Shown: positions 1-25,034 of the stretch, one piece after another
Numbering within the stretch: position 1 is the stretch's first letter
Layout of the letters: every line of letters begins with the position of its first letter
Source of the DNA: the human T2T-CHM13v2.0 reference genome, Homo sapiens
Strand: one strand, 5' to 3'
Assembly (NCBI RefSeq): GCF_009914755.1
Contig: NC_060932.1
DNA: 64,000 bases
Notes under the pieces: generated by a model
Databases searched by the model: none
What the model was told of the DNA's origin: nothing
What the model saw: the letters and a program-made list of their open reading frames with translations, nothing else
Program-made: the position numbers and the translations under genes

Positions 1-225
1 GGGAGGCCGAGGAGAGTGGATCACCTGAGGTCAGGAGTTCGAGACCAGCCTGGCCAACATGGTGAAACTTCGTCCCTACTAAAAATACAAAAATTAGCCA
101 GGCACGGTGGCGGGCACCTGTAATCCCAGCTACTCAGGAGGCTGAGACAGGATAATTGCTTGAACCCGGGAGGCAGAGGTTGCAGTGAGCCGTGTTGCGC
201 CACTGCACTCCAGCCTGGCGACAGA
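1..225 (+). mobile_element. Alu (AluS-like), cut by window edge
   Basis: GGATCACCTGAGGTCAGGAGTTCGAGACC, A-rich linker, right arm. Confidence 0.9.
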
Positions 226-929
226 ACATCTCAGATATGAAAGTAGATATAACAACTTAAAACACAATAATCAGAAATGGAATTTCAAAGAAGTCTGTAG
301 TCAAAAGTGTGGAAGCACAAAAAACATAACTAGACTCTGCAGATAACAGTCTAAGGCCACATATCCAAAGTCAATCATTATATGTAAACAGTTGAGGAGC
401 GGATGGCTTTGATACACATAGTTTTTAGCAATCTCTCTTCAGTTCAAATTGAAAAAGTACCCATCGCCTATACTTTCATTTCTCAATCATGCCAACAAAT
501 AGCATTACGGATTCTGCTTACCTTACCTTCAAATTCTCATTCCAATAAAATTGCCATCACAAAGGTTATAAAATCTTCCAAATTGCCAAATCTAGTTGTC
601 GTTTCATCTTCACCTTCACCCTCTGTGATCCATTTGGAGCCTGTGGCACTACTTATCACATCCGGAAACCTCCAGACGTTTGAGCTTCAATTCTGCTGTT
701 CCAAAATGCTACCTACATTTTCCTCATTCTGCTCCCAAGCACCTGCCCCTCTCTTCTCCCATTAGAAAGTTATTTCAGAACAGTAACTGCTTTATTGAGT
801 TTTATGCCATCATGGCCTAATTTAATTCTAGCAGTATTACAGTATCTGACAAATATCTGTTCTATGTGATCCCTTTGTCTCCATTACCACTATCCTAGCT
901 GAGGACATTACTTTCATTTAGGTCACTGT

Positions 930-2512
<1,583 letters not shown>

Positions 2513-3193
2513 ATCAGTCCCCTTTTTAAAAGAATACTTCTGATTGGGAGTTATGTGAAAACATCTTTCATAGTGACTGGCTGATAGAAGCTCATAAAAG
2601 TACCAAATCTGAAAATGTCACTCACATTTAAAAAGTTCAGTTACTCCCTAAGGCTTAGCACAGCAAATAAGACCTTTCATAATTTGACCCCAGTCTCCAA
2701 ATATACCTTCCCCTCCATCCCCTCTACACTGTCCCTACATTCCTACACTGGCCAAAGTAGACTACTCACTGTTCCCTGCAATTACCACCTCCTTACATTT
2801 AAAAAATATTACCATATGCCCTGAGTATCCTGGAAATTCTACTTAGACAGAAACTGGACTATCCTCACTTAGAATCTATGTTCAAAAAACCATTATAAAA
2901 CTGTCCCCAAACTAATAGTCTCCCTAAAACCACATCAATATTGTTCAGTAGAGCTATTAAACATTAGTATAATTCTACTTACATAATTTCCATTTATTTA
3001 TCAAGCAGGCACTAATTTCTGGCTTCAGAAATAACTTAGCAAGTAAGGCATGTTAAGTATATTTTTGTCTAGGTAGTGGAGGATCTAATTTAAAGTAATA
3101 ATGCTCTACATGTAAAAAAAAAATCAAATACAAATCTTATTTAATCCCCATAACCTACTGATGTAGGCAGAGCAGATAAAGAAATTTAGGATA

Positions 3194-3502
<309 letters not shown>

Positions 3503-3859
3503 TTAGGATAAGAGGAGCGATTTAAAGTTGCACAGCTAATTAGTAGAGCATAGAACTGGTTCTCAAAACCAGACTTTTTGGTCACAAAGAACTTCTCCAC
3601 AACATCATGTCCCATCACAGATTTACCTGGTACATTTCACCTTCCCAAATAAAAATAACTCTTTATAGAAATTCCATTGTGATTTCTAAAACAGATGCTA
3701 TCATCAAATTCTTCAGGTTGAAACTCTCTGGGCACATTTTGTCCTGCATAATTTTTTGTTTTGCTCACAAAATGTTTTTAATTTTTAAATTGAATTAATT
3801 GCATATTTGAAAACTGATTACACAATAATCCAGATTTTTGGCTTCTCCCTAAAAGTCAG

Positions 3860-4820
3860 AAGCACAACCATTAAAAGGGCTATTATGAAAACCAAAACAA
3901 AACAGAAAATAACAAGTGTTGGCAAAGATGTGGAGAAATTGGAACCCCTTTGCACTGTTGATGGGAATGTAAAATGGTGCAGCTGTTGTGGAAAGCAGTA
4001 TGGTGGTTGCTCAAAAATTAAAAATAACAGAATTACCATGTCATTAGGCAATTCCACTTCTGGATATATACCCCCCAAAATTATAAGTAGGGTCTTGAAA
4101 AGATATTTGTACACTCATGTTCATAGCAGCATTATTCACAATAGCCAAAATGTGGAAGCAACCCATATGTCCATCAACCGATGACGAATAAACAAAATGT
4201 GGCATATCCACACAATGGAATATTATTCAGTCTTTAAAAAAAATTCTGACACAGGCTACAACATGAATAAACCTTGAGGACATTATGCTAAGTGAAAAAA
4301 GCCAGCTGCAAAAAGACAAATTTATACGGTTCTACTTACATGTGGTATTTAGAGTACTCAAATTTACAGAGACCGAAAAGGAGAATGGCGGTTGCCGGGG
4401 GTTGGGGGGACAGGGAAATCAGAGTTGTTTAATGGGTATAGAATTTCAGTTTTGAAAGATGAAAAAGTTCTGGCCGGGCACAGTGGCTCATACCTATTAA
4501 GCCAGCACTGTGGGAGGCCGAGGCGGTAGATCACTTGAGATCAGGAGTTTGAGCAGGAGTTCGAGACCAGCCTGGTCAACATGGTGAAAACCCATCTCTA
4601 CTAAAAATACAAAAATTAGCTGGGCCTGGTGGCATGCACCTGTAATCGCAGCTACTAGGAAGGCTGAGGAAGGAGAATCACTTGAACCTGGGAGGCGGAG
4701 GCTGTAGTGAGCCAAGATCGTGCCACTGCACTCTACCCTGGACAACAGAGCAAGAGTTTGTCTCAAAAAAAAAAAAAAAAAAAGAGTTCTGGAGATTGGT
4801 TAACACAATAATGTGTATTG
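3860..4820 (+). mobile_element. Old L1M (L1MA/MB-like) 3' fragment with an Alu (4472-4782) inserted
   Basis: ORF 3807..4184 has L1 ORF2 C-terminal-like residues ([19 protein letters not shown]); typical L1M 3' UTR; duplicated AGTTCTGG around the Alu. Confidence 0.85.
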
Positions 4821-4970
4821 CTAGTACTTTAGTTTGCACCCCCTTCTCTAGATTATGAAGTTATATGACGCTTACAAGATCCTACTCATTACCTCCTAAT
4901 CTGTCCTATGAATTTAAAATAATAAAAATTAAAATTGCATATATAATCTTTTCTGCTTAACTAGTCTTTA

Positions 4971-6524
<1,554 letters not shown>

Positions 6525-6714
6525 TTTTCCCTGAAATGTCTTGTTTGAGGCTCACTTCTGAAATAACTAAAATACAGTGTTGGGTCTCTGAAACTCCACT
6601 GCCGTATGATGAATTACTAATTTTGATCTCTAACACACTTAACCTGAAAAGTCGCTTCTTCTCCAAGATGGAGAGGTAAGAAATTAGGAGCTAGCCAACC
6701 TGATTTTATTATTA

Positions 6715-7539
<825 letters not shown>

Positions 7540-7964
7540 TAAGTGATTTTTGCATGTAAGGGCTGGTCAACATGGTGGATTCCTTCCCTTCTCATTTATC
7601 TAGGACTTGTAGTCACTCAAGACATTTTAAATTTGCCTGGCATTAATTTGTTTCTACACTAATAATTTATTACCTTTATTGGCCTGAATTACTGGGTATT
7701 AACTCAAACAGCAAAAACAGCTTTCTGATATTTCTCAAAGATCATATCCAGCTTAATGCTAAAAAACAAACCAAGAAATTACGTTTCTATATATGGCCAT
7801 GTTCTTATTTAAGAAACACAGTTACTTAAGAAACATTAACTATTTTTTACATGTATTTGTGTCAGACATTGGGGCAAATTTCGAATTTTACCTAATGTGT
7901 AAAATATATCTTTGGGGAAAATGAGCCTGTTAGGTTTCAGGATCAAAGGGGATTTAAGTTACCT

Positions 7965-8345
7965 TGATGCGCTGAGTCTTGTGTTTCCCTAAATTCATAT
8001 ATTGAACTCCTAACCCTCAATGTAGTAGTACTAAAAGGGTGGGTCCTTTGGGAGGTACTGTGATTTAGATTAGATCATGAGGATGAGACTTGCATGGTGG
8101 GAACAGTGCCTTTGTAAGAAGAAAAAGACCCAAGAGCTCGCTCTCTCTCCAAGCAAGCACCAAGGAAAGACTATGTGAGCACTTAAGAAGGTAGCTGCAT
8201 ACAAGCCAGGAAGAGGGCCCTCACTGGAACCCAACCATGCTGACACCCTGATCTTGGACTTCCAAGCCTCCAGAACTTTGAGAAATAAATTTTTATTGTT
8301 TAAGCCACCCAGTCTATGGTATTTTCTTACAGCAGCTCAAGACTT
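7965..8345 (+). mobile_element. MaLR solo LTR (MLT1A-like)
   Basis: GACACCCTGATCTTGGACTTCCAAGCCTCCAGAACT..GAGAAATAAATT..TTTAAGCCACCCAGTCTATGGTATT. Confidence 0.85.
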
Positions 8346-8622
8346 GGGTTTTTCAAGGCCACTAGTTATGAAAAGATTGCCATAACCTTTCACCTAAACC
8401 TCTGATTCTTTACAGCTAAGCTTTTCTTCAAAGTGTTTTCTTAATGAAGATTGTATTCACTCACAAATAGTTCTCCAAAACAGAGATTGATAAAAGGATG
8501 GAATGAGACTCATACACTCCTTTTCTGATTAAGATAACTCTGTATTTTACGCCACTTATATAGACTCAGTGTGTTAAGACGTATCTTGGGGAAAATATGG
8601 CTACTTTCTCAAAGTTGTAAGC

Positions 8623-8653
8623 TTTATTTCTATGTATAAAGTCCAGCTTTATT
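8623..8653 (-). terminator. Distal tandem AATAAA pair (8648-8653 and 8623-8628)
   Basis: Two canonical hexamers 25 nt apart about 0.9 kb after the stop. Confidence 0.5.
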
Positions 8654-8809
8654 AGATGTTTCTGATTCCCAAAATAATAGTATTAGGATATTCCTTATTT
8701 TAGGCTTTAAATAATTTGTATAATAAAATAGTGTCAGTAGGTCCAAAGCTGAAATGCAAAGTTCAGATTTCTAATACAAAGGAGAGGAGTATTTTGTTTC
8801 TTTTGGTAC

Positions 8810-9258
8810 AGCCATGGTTCCCAAACTGTGTAGCAGGGCACCTTAGCAAATTAACATGGGTGCCACACAATATTTTAAAATTTTTGAGAAAAACATAGCA
8901 ACACCTGTTGGACATCACATAAACTACTACTTTGAGGTAGTTTACATTTTCAACATTAAATAGCATTATATTCCTTTCTATAACAACATATCTTTACAAA
9001 ACTGGGTTTTCAGCAGTTTGATAAAAAGTACTGTGCAAGAAGCAGAGAGGAAAAGAAAATGATACTGATTCCAAGGTTTGAGACATGCAGTGTCCACAGT
9101 TACTAGTGGTGATGATGTACATTCTTATTAAGCTGTTGGATCTAACTGCTTAATAAACACAAGTATTAGATATTTCTTTTGGACCAGGTATGCTGTGAAA
9201 AAAGTACTGAGGCACTAAATAGTGTCATGAGCTGAGAAAGTTTGAGAATATCTGTGCT
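8810..9258 (+). mobile_element. hAT-Charlie DNA transposon (Charlie4a-like) inside the 3' UTR
   Basis: Ends GGTTCCCAAACT ... AGTTTGAGAATATCTG resemble terminal inverted repeats; internal similarity from recall. Confidence 0.7.
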
Positions 9259-9370
9259 ATAGGCAAGAAAAATACAAAACATCATTTAGTTTTTCACCTA
9301 GAAATTTTCTAAATAAATAGTCATACAAAAAAGGGAAAATATATACAAACGTACATACAAAGTTTGGATT

Positions 9371-9376
9371 TTTATT
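9371..9376 (-). terminator. Proximal poly(A) signal AATAAA
   Basis: Followed by GU/U-rich TTTGTATGTACGTTTGTATATATTTT. Confidence 0.6.
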
Positions 9377-9483
9377 GAAATCTTGTTAGGTATCAAACAA
9401 ATTCTGCTTTCTTCAGATAAAAATATTCTCTCAGATGTCTCCAGATAACTGCTAAGTCTAAATTGGTCCTTCAATGTCTTATT

Positions 9484-9489
9484 TTTATT
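9484..9489 (-). terminator. Most proximal AATAAA candidate
   Basis: AATAAA about 50 nt after the stop; downstream element is weak. Confidence 0.35.
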
Positions 9490-9537
9490 GTCCTCGTGAA
9501 ATGTTCATATACAGTTAAGATGTTCCCAAAAGGATTT

Positions 9538-9692
9538 TTATCGTGTAAAGGAGCGTACATGACGACCTCTACCACTGCCTCCACTAACAAACTTTCCTCT
9601 TGAGCCTCCACTGCCGCTATTTGCACTAGCCCAGGAAGGTCCAAGTCCCCCACGACCTCTAGAAGCACGGTCCCGAGGACTTGGGCGGTAAC
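9538..9692 (-). CDS. VIRMA: VIRMA exon 24 coding part (GYRPSPRDRASRGRGG...RHVRSFTR*)
   Basis: ttacag|GTTACC; main-frame stop TAA at 9538-9540 (the ORF track shows a different frame here). Confidence 0.95.
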
Positions 9693-10285
9693 CTGTAAAA
9701 GAAAGAATACAGTTTTTAGTTCCAATGTCCTTTCTTTTCCAAGATTATAAATACTAATCTACGACACTGAGCTCAAACCAAGAATTACTCTATTCTCTTT
9801 TAAAGCTCACGTGCAAGCACGGTGAATGGGCCAAAGATTTTTGAATTATACATTTTAAACAGGTAAACTATATGGTATATGAGAATTATATCCTAAATAA
9901 AACTATTATTTTTTAAAAATGTGCATTTGAAACCAAAAGCTACTTCTGATAAGTAAAATTCTGGACTAGATAAATGTTTTAAAAAAAAAGGTTATGTGCT
10001 TACACACCTAAGACAATACTATAACCAAAAAAATATATGCTGTATAAAGGTATCTCTGTTATTAAAATACTTTGTGGTCAGAAAGATACCTTAAGCATTG
10101 GCTTTCATTACTGAAACATAAAAATAAGAGCACATCACCATGAAACTGTTCAGATTATACAAACAGTTCAGAAACTAAAAATTTGATTATTTTTACAGAA
10201 GATGTATATTGGGCATTCATTCAAGGATATAAACTTTAGAACTTTAAGTCTATACTCTAAAATATTCTCTTCCAGAATGAGAGTA

Positions 10286-10700
10286 CAGTTGACCCTTGAA
10301 CAACATGGGTTTCAACTGCCTAGGTCCACTTATATGAGGATTTTCTTCCACCTCTGCTGCTCCTAAGAAAGTAAGACCTCTCCTCCTCTTCCTCAGCCTA
10401 TGGAATGTTATGACCTTTATGAAGATCCACTTCCACTTAATAGTAAATGTATTTTCTCTTCCTTATGATTTTCTTAATAACATTTTCTTTTCTCCAGCTT
10501 ATTTAATTGTAACACATTATATAATATATATATAACATATAAAATATGTGTCAATCAACTGTTTATGTTATCTGTAAGGCTTCCAGTCAACAGTATACTA
10601 GCAGTAGTTAAGTTTTGGGGAAGTCAAAGTTATACTTAGATTTTTGACTGTGTGGAGCAAGGAGATGGGGAGATTAGCACCCCTAGCCCCCTCTGTATAT
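10286..10700 (+). mobile_element. Tigger2a-like TcMar DNA transposon
   Basis: TA-CAGTTGACCCTTGAACAACATGGG terminus. Confidence 0.8.
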
Positions 10701-10770
10701 GATATCAACAATTTTAAAGGAGGAATTTACTTCCCTTCTCTCAGCAATATCAAGTAGCAAGGATGTATAC

Positions 10771-10914
10771 CTGTAGAACTAAGGGGTCGTAATGGTGGAA
10801 GAGGGCCTCTGTTAAAATTGCTCTGGCCTCCACGACTTTCATTGTAATTTCCTCGAGGAGTATTCTGAGCACTCCAACTGGAGCCTCTTGTTCCTTCCCG
10901 ACGACTGTAGTTTC
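10771..10914 (-). CDS. VIRMA: VIRMA exon 23 (144 nt; GNYSRREGTRGSSW...PLSST)
   Basis: gtttag|GAAACT ... ACAG|gtatac; ORF 10727..10933. Confidence 0.95.
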
Positions 10915-11049
10915 CTAAACACAAACAGCACAATCAAAATCACTTTTTTCACAACTTCAGTTGGATTCTTTTAAGTGACAGATTTTTCTTAATCTTCAAA
11001 AGAATGGAAAAGAAACTGAAATTCTGCAAACTGACTGTACTATATAGTG

Positions 11050-11275
11050 GCAACATCACAGTGGTTAAGAGCAGAGGCTCTAGAGCCAAACTGCCAGGGA
11101 TCAAATACTGGTTCTACCACTTGTATTTATGTGCCCTGGTCAGCTGACTGACAATTTTCTCTTCTGCAAATTGGGAGTACTAAGAGAACTTGCCTCATGG
11201 GGTTGACATGAGGTTATAATATGTAAAGTGCTTATAACAGTTCCTGACACACCTAATCTAAGTGTTTGTTATTAA
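11050..11275 (+). mobile_element. MIR SINE
   Basis: GTGGTTAAGAGCA..GGCTCTAGAGCC..; GTAAAGTGCTT core. Confidence 0.75.
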
Positions 11276-11377
11276 TATAAACACAGATTCTCTTTCACTC
11301 TCACCCTCCTAACTCAGCAGGTATGAAAACATGTTTATCAATCCACTACTAAAGTATAATTTCTGTAAGTATCCCTA

Positions 11378-12157
<780 letters not shown>

Positions 12158-12410
12158 GGCCGGGGGGAATAATTAGCCAAGACTTCTAAACTCATTATTA
12201 AAAGTACAATGCATGAAAGGTTCATTGAAAAAAAGTTTCTTTCTTCTATCCAATAGAGTACTCTGCAAACAGTACCACTAGTCCAGAGGTGGCTCAACTG
12301 CAGCAACAGGAAAACTGTTTATCTGAATCTCTTCCATCTAAATCACTTTCATTCAATATTTTAACATTCCAATATTCTAACCCATTAGAAAATACATACT
12401 AATTAGTTAC

Positions 12411-12742
12411 CTTTTGAAGCAGGTGGTGTGAAAAACCTATTCTGACTGTGGAAAGCACCCCGTCCTCCTCTATTGCCTGAAAACCCACCACGGGAAGAAA
12501 TCTTCTGTGATACTTTGAGTGGCCGTTTTGGTGGAGGTATTCCATCTTGAGGAACCACTTCTTTACTTTCAGCAGCAACAAAGTCATCCACATGCATAGA
12601 TGGTGGTCTACTTGTGTTCTGTTTTCTCTGACGAAAAATATCATGAGGTCGTATACCCTGTCCAAATCCTCCCCTGCCCCTTCCTCTTGGTGGTGGCACA
12701 ACATGAGCTCTTTTGGCAGGTTCAATGTATTCAGATTTTCCA
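12411..12742 (-). CDS. VIRMA: VIRMA exon 22 (332 nt; RGG-rich, RQRKQNTSRPPSMHVDDF motif)
   Basis: taatag|TGGAAA ... AAAG|gtaact; ORF 12403..12816. Confidence 0.96.
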
Positions 12743-13116
12743 CTATTAAAACAAAAACATGCCATAAAACATTTTTCTTTCAGGTTTCTAGCAAAAATAA
12801 TCTTTATAATACCCAAAATTATATTTCAATTTTTTTGTACTCCAATTCTGCTAACTTTGCAAGTATCTATCATACTTCTGGGATAATATAACAAACTAGC
12901 TAAGAAAAGTACTCACATTTCATTGTTATGAATAACAATGTTTTAAAATAATCCAGTTCACTTCTTATTCAAACCTTCCAAAATCTTGTAGAAAACAATA
13001 TAACAAATGTACTGGGTATATCCTGGCCAAATTATTACGTTTAAATTTAAAAAATTCAAACAATGTTCATGATTCGAATGCTATGTTAATTTCCTTTCTA
13101 GTTTAATAGCATGTGT

Positions 13117-13447
<331 letters not shown>

Positions 13448-13484
13448 TGATGACATTTGAGATCTTCAGTGGAATAAATTTTAC

Positions 13485-13651
13485 CTTGACGTTATAAAGG
13501 TCTCATGCTTGTGCTTCCCAAGTTTGAATCCTTTAGTAGTCTTGGTTCTTCCTGGAGATGATGGTTCTGACAAAAATGAGCGCTCTAATTCTGAGTGCAA
13601 ATCAAAGTCACTACAGCATTTTTCAGAGAGTTCAATTAAGTCAACCTTTAC
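13485..13651 (-). CDS. VIRMA: VIRMA exon 21 (167 nt; VKVDLIELSEKCC...HKHETFITS)
   Basis: ctgcag|GTAAAG ... TCAAG|gtaaaa; translated by hand. Confidence 0.94.
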
Positions 13652-14262
13652 CTGCAGTCATAATAATGAAACAAAACACATATTAAATGTAATTATTAGC
13701 ATAACATTTGACTACAGAAATTCTTATTACCTATAAATTATATTTGCCTCTCATAAGAAATAAATTATAGATCTACCTCTTTCATCTTTTCAAAAAGCAA
13801 ATGGCATTGGTAGTTTAAAAACAAACACACACACACACCTTAGTAATGCTACTTTTTTTGTGTGTGGCATTCTTCAAAGCAGGGCTATTAATCTAGGAGA
13901 CCTTTGATGCCTGAGCAGGAAACTCAGTATTTGTCTATATAAATTAACACTGTAATATCTCCTGAACTTTTCCAAAAAAAGAATCTGAAAATAACATACT
14001 CTGCCAGCCTTATATAGTCAACATTTCTATTACAAAAAGATTCTGTGCCACAGATTCCCAAAAGCTCTATGCATTTAATGAGGTTCCCATCTAAGTTTAA
14101 TTTCAGGGAAATCAACATTCAGTTTACTTAGGTTTTATTCAAATTTATCAAATGTAAGATACCTAAAATTTCTCTAATCCAGAGGGTTACAATTATCATC
14201 ACAAGACAGTTGTGATTCAACTTAAAGTTAAAAAATTAGTAACTTTTAACAAATATTTTATA

Positions 14263-14455
14263 CCTGTGCTGCCCAACGTGGTAGCCACTAACAACATGTG
14301 CCTATCTAAATTAATCAAAATTAAATCAAAATAAAATTCAGTTCCCTAGTCATCCACATTTCAATTGTACAACAGGCACATGAGGCTACTGTTTTGGACA
14401 GGGCAGACTACAAAATATTTGCATTATTGCATAAAATTCTACTGGAGAGGACAGT
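14263..14455. mobile_element. MER3/MER33-like hAT relic
   Basis: GTGCTGCCCAACGTGGTAGCCACTA..AAATTCAGTTCC..TTGGACAG. Confidence 0.6.
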
Positions 14456-15005
14456 TTTAAAGAACCACTGAACAGCTTGCACTAAAAAGAAATTAATTTT
14501 TAATGCACTTTTAATTGAATTGTATGTGGTTTTTTAAAAAAGGAAAAGCAGCCCTCAACACACTAAATACAAATGTGAAGCAAATCATTCTCTTAGTTTT
14601 ATTGTATATGATGAACACCAGTATGTTTCTTTGATAAAGAAAAGGAACAATGTACTGTATAATAAGATGTGGCTAAAATAATTCGCCTTACCACATCTCT
14701 GAGAAGCATAGAACAGACTGCAATAAATTTTAAATAGTTAATTATACTCTTACCTATTCAGCATTATGTTTAAGAATGTCAATTCCCATTCATACTATAC
14801 TATAACAAATACATTCTTCACAAGTTTCCAAACTGAGAGCCACACCATAGCACAACCATTCCTCTCCTTGAACCCAAATGCAAGAATAAACTGTTGTTTT
14901 ATGGGATACTTTTCCCTGTTCTATACCCCGTCAAGTAAGAAAACAAAGTGCTTCATAGAACTTATGCAAAAGTGTGATTTTTCCCTTAAAAAAGTTACAT
15001 TCTCT

Positions 15006-16132
<1,127 letters not shown>

Positions 16133-16324
16133 TCTTTTAGCTTATCTTCAAGTAAAATCTGTGGAAGGTACAATTAAAATTATTACTTTCTAAAGTATTA
16201 TTAAAAGTAGTACCTAAAAAAGAAACTCCCAAAAGCAATTAAAAATTAAGTATCCTCAAAAACAAATAACTTGAAAACTAATTCTGCTGTAACAAGTTTT
16301 GACCTTTCAGTAAAATAAAACAAT

Positions 16325-16505
16325 GCCCTGATTTTATCTGCTAGTTTGTTTCTGTACAGCCTGCAAGCTAGCATAGTTTGTATAAATTAAAAAAAAAAAA
16401 AAAACTAAAGAAGAATACACAACAGAGGCTGTATGGCCTGCAAAGCCTAGAATTCTTACTATCTGGCCCTTTATAGAAAAAAACGTTTGCTGGCACCCCC
16501 TAGAC
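16325..16505. mobile_element. MER58-like hAT relic
   Basis: TATGGCCTGCAAAGCCTA..TTACTATCTGGCCCTTTATAGAAAAAA..GTTTGC. Confidence 0.6.
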
Positions 16506-16559
16506 TACAGCCATTTTAAAACCAACAGCTATTCAATCATAAAACATTGTGTATTTTAC

Positions 16560-16720
16560 CTATTGTTAAACAGATTCTGAAGAGATTCTGGAGCTGAAAG
16601 TACTGGTTCTACATCCTGGTCACTGAGAGGTAAAGGGTCACCTGATGACTCCAGCATCTGCTTAAGTCCAACTACACTGTCCAACAAAGAATCCAGATTG
16701 TCATCATCTTTTGAATGTTC
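16560..16720 (-). CDS. VIRMA: VIRMA exon 19 (161 nt; EHSKDDDNLDSLL...QNLFNNR)
   Basis: atctag|GAACAT ... AATAG|gtaaaa; translated by hand. Confidence 0.94.
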
Positions 16721-17156
16721 CTAGATACAAATAAAGGCAGAATAAGAAGGTGCAGGTAAAACTTATGTCTGTAAACCTACTGACTCTTTCGTAGAAAAGG
16801 CTATATGTATTATTACTAAGAAATTTGGAACACTGTCCAGAAATTATTAACATTAAACACATTAAAATAAAACAAACACCAAAACACTTGTCATTTTATT
16901 TCTAAACAATAGCAGCAGAGGGTACCCTGCTTCCAAGGAACAGACAATTCAAAAAGTACCGTCTTCATGTACTCCTTAAAATTCATAACAGGATGGAGGA
17001 CTTCACTTCAAATTATTAATTCAAAGAGTTATTTGAAATGGTACAAACACCCAGCTAAAGATTCACTATTTTAAAAAAGGTCACTACGAAATACTTGTAC
17101 TAGTCAAACTGAGAGGAAAATAGGCCTTAAGAACGCTCTGTTTTTTTCTTTTTTAC

Positions 17157-17309
17157 CAAAACAAGCTTCTCTAGTTCAAGGAACAAATTTTCTGGACTTT
17201 CTTCTTTGCTTTGTAGAAGCTGTTTTAACTCTGCAGCATTAATACTCATCGTCCGTGATGTATGAGCTCCCTCTACTTCCATGAGACCATTATCATCTCC
17301 ACAGCATCC
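17157..17309 (-). CDS. VIRMA: VIRMA exon 18 (153 nt; GCCGDDNGLMEVEG...LEKLVL)
   Basis: ttacag|GGATGC ... GTTTTG|gtaaaa; phase 0-0. Confidence 0.94.
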
Positions 17310-17929
17310 CTGTAAATGTCACACATAAGTTAAATTTGAGAACAGAGAAATTTACAAAGATGCATCCACACTTATTCATATTATCTAAGCCATATGCTGC
17401 AATCTTTCCTTCAATGTTTTCATTTTTACATCAGTACAAATGGCTAGTTTTAAGGATTTAGATGAAAGGTGAAGTATGTTTTCTTTGAGTAAGACTCACA
17501 AAATATTTAAATAAGCAAACATATATTTTACTGGCACCAAGACTTTTCAACAAAATACCGAATGGCAAAACACTGGCAGTTGTAGGACGTGACACACTGA
17601 TTGATGCTCAAGAATTAATAAAATGCTTGCTATAACAAAGAACTGATGAAACCTGAAATTATCTTTCTGAAGATAACACAAACAACTAAAGAAAATAGTA
17701 ACTATCATATTTAAGACTATATTCTGTCACATAGAAAAGTTAATATTTTCTGCTTTAAAAAGTATGCTACATAATAAAGTGAATTCTGGAGTGATAACAT
17801 TTCAATACCAGAAAATCCTTCCAGCAAAATAAATCTTGCTTCATGATAAGAAAACCATCCATATTGTCACATACACTTATGGTAGAGGGCCGTATGCCTA
17901 CCTAAACATTGTATAAAATCTTTAGCCTT

Positions 17930-20129
<2,200 letters not shown>

Positions 20130-20202
20130 AAAGATTTCAAATTTAAGAAACACCAAATACATACATACATATATACACAAACACAAACACACACATACTT
20201 AC

Positions 20203-20335
20203 AATTGTGTCAGAGTTAAGAATTTGTCTCATAAATTCTAAAAATGAAGATGCAAGCTCTCCTGTGTCCTTACTAAATGTGCTGACCACTCGTTTCAGTA
20301 AACTATGCAGAGCACTACTGTTTTTCCTTAAAGAA
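20203..20335 (-). CDS. VIRMA: VIRMA exon 17 (133 nt; SSLRKNSSALHSLLKR...LNSDTI)
   Basis: ttacag|TTCTTT ... ACAATT|gtaagt; translated by hand. Confidence 0.94.
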
Positions 20336-20591
20336 CTGTAAATAAAGAAAATAAAGAGAAGATATTATCTTAAAATATGAGCATATAAAACTGGTATGAT
20401 AAATGAACTCACTTCAGACAGAATAAAACTTACTCCATCATTTTTAAAAATGCTAAGAAGTACTTTGGTGTGTCTTTGTACACAAATATAACAAAGAACC
20501 GTCAATAGTTACCAACTCCTTTTAAAGCTAAGCTTCAAGATCTTAAAAAAAAATTCCCCCAAATAATCATTTTATAAAATTTAACACAAGA

Positions 20592-21215
<624 letters not shown>

Positions 21216-21359
21216 AGAAATAGATTAAATTCAAAAATAAAAATGTTAATGGAAAAAGCATGGGTTCAAAATTGGACTACACCCATTACTAACCACTACA
21301 CACAATCTTTAAGTGAGTCATACTTCCGTGGTCTATCAAAAGCTGGGGACCTATTAGAA

Positions 21360-24630
<3,271 letters not shown>

Positions 24631-24689
24631 AAAAGTGTAACCTGCCACAGGACTATATAAGAAAAAGTATATGGTGACCTGTTAATTTA

Positions 24690-25029
<340 letters not shown>

Positions 25030-25034
25030 CCCAG

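Larger units (their letters stand above)
8600..9537 (-). other. VIRMA: VIRMA 3' UTR (distal end approximate)
   Basis: Follows the stop codon; AATAAA hexamers at 9484, 9371, 8648 and 8623. Confidence 0.65.

Noticed and set aside
403-765. 120-aa plus-strand ORF in the 3' flank
   Set aside because: No recognisable domain or exon structure; region looks like decayed L2-type sequence
3807-4184. 125-aa ORF resembling a reverse-transcriptase protein tail
   Set aside because: Degenerate L1 ORF2 C-terminal fragment with frameshifts
12547-12891. Plus-strand ORFs antisense to VIRMA exons (also 13509, 30536, 32025, 51710, 55669)
   Set aside because: Shadow ORFs of real coding exons with no independent promoter, splice or homology support
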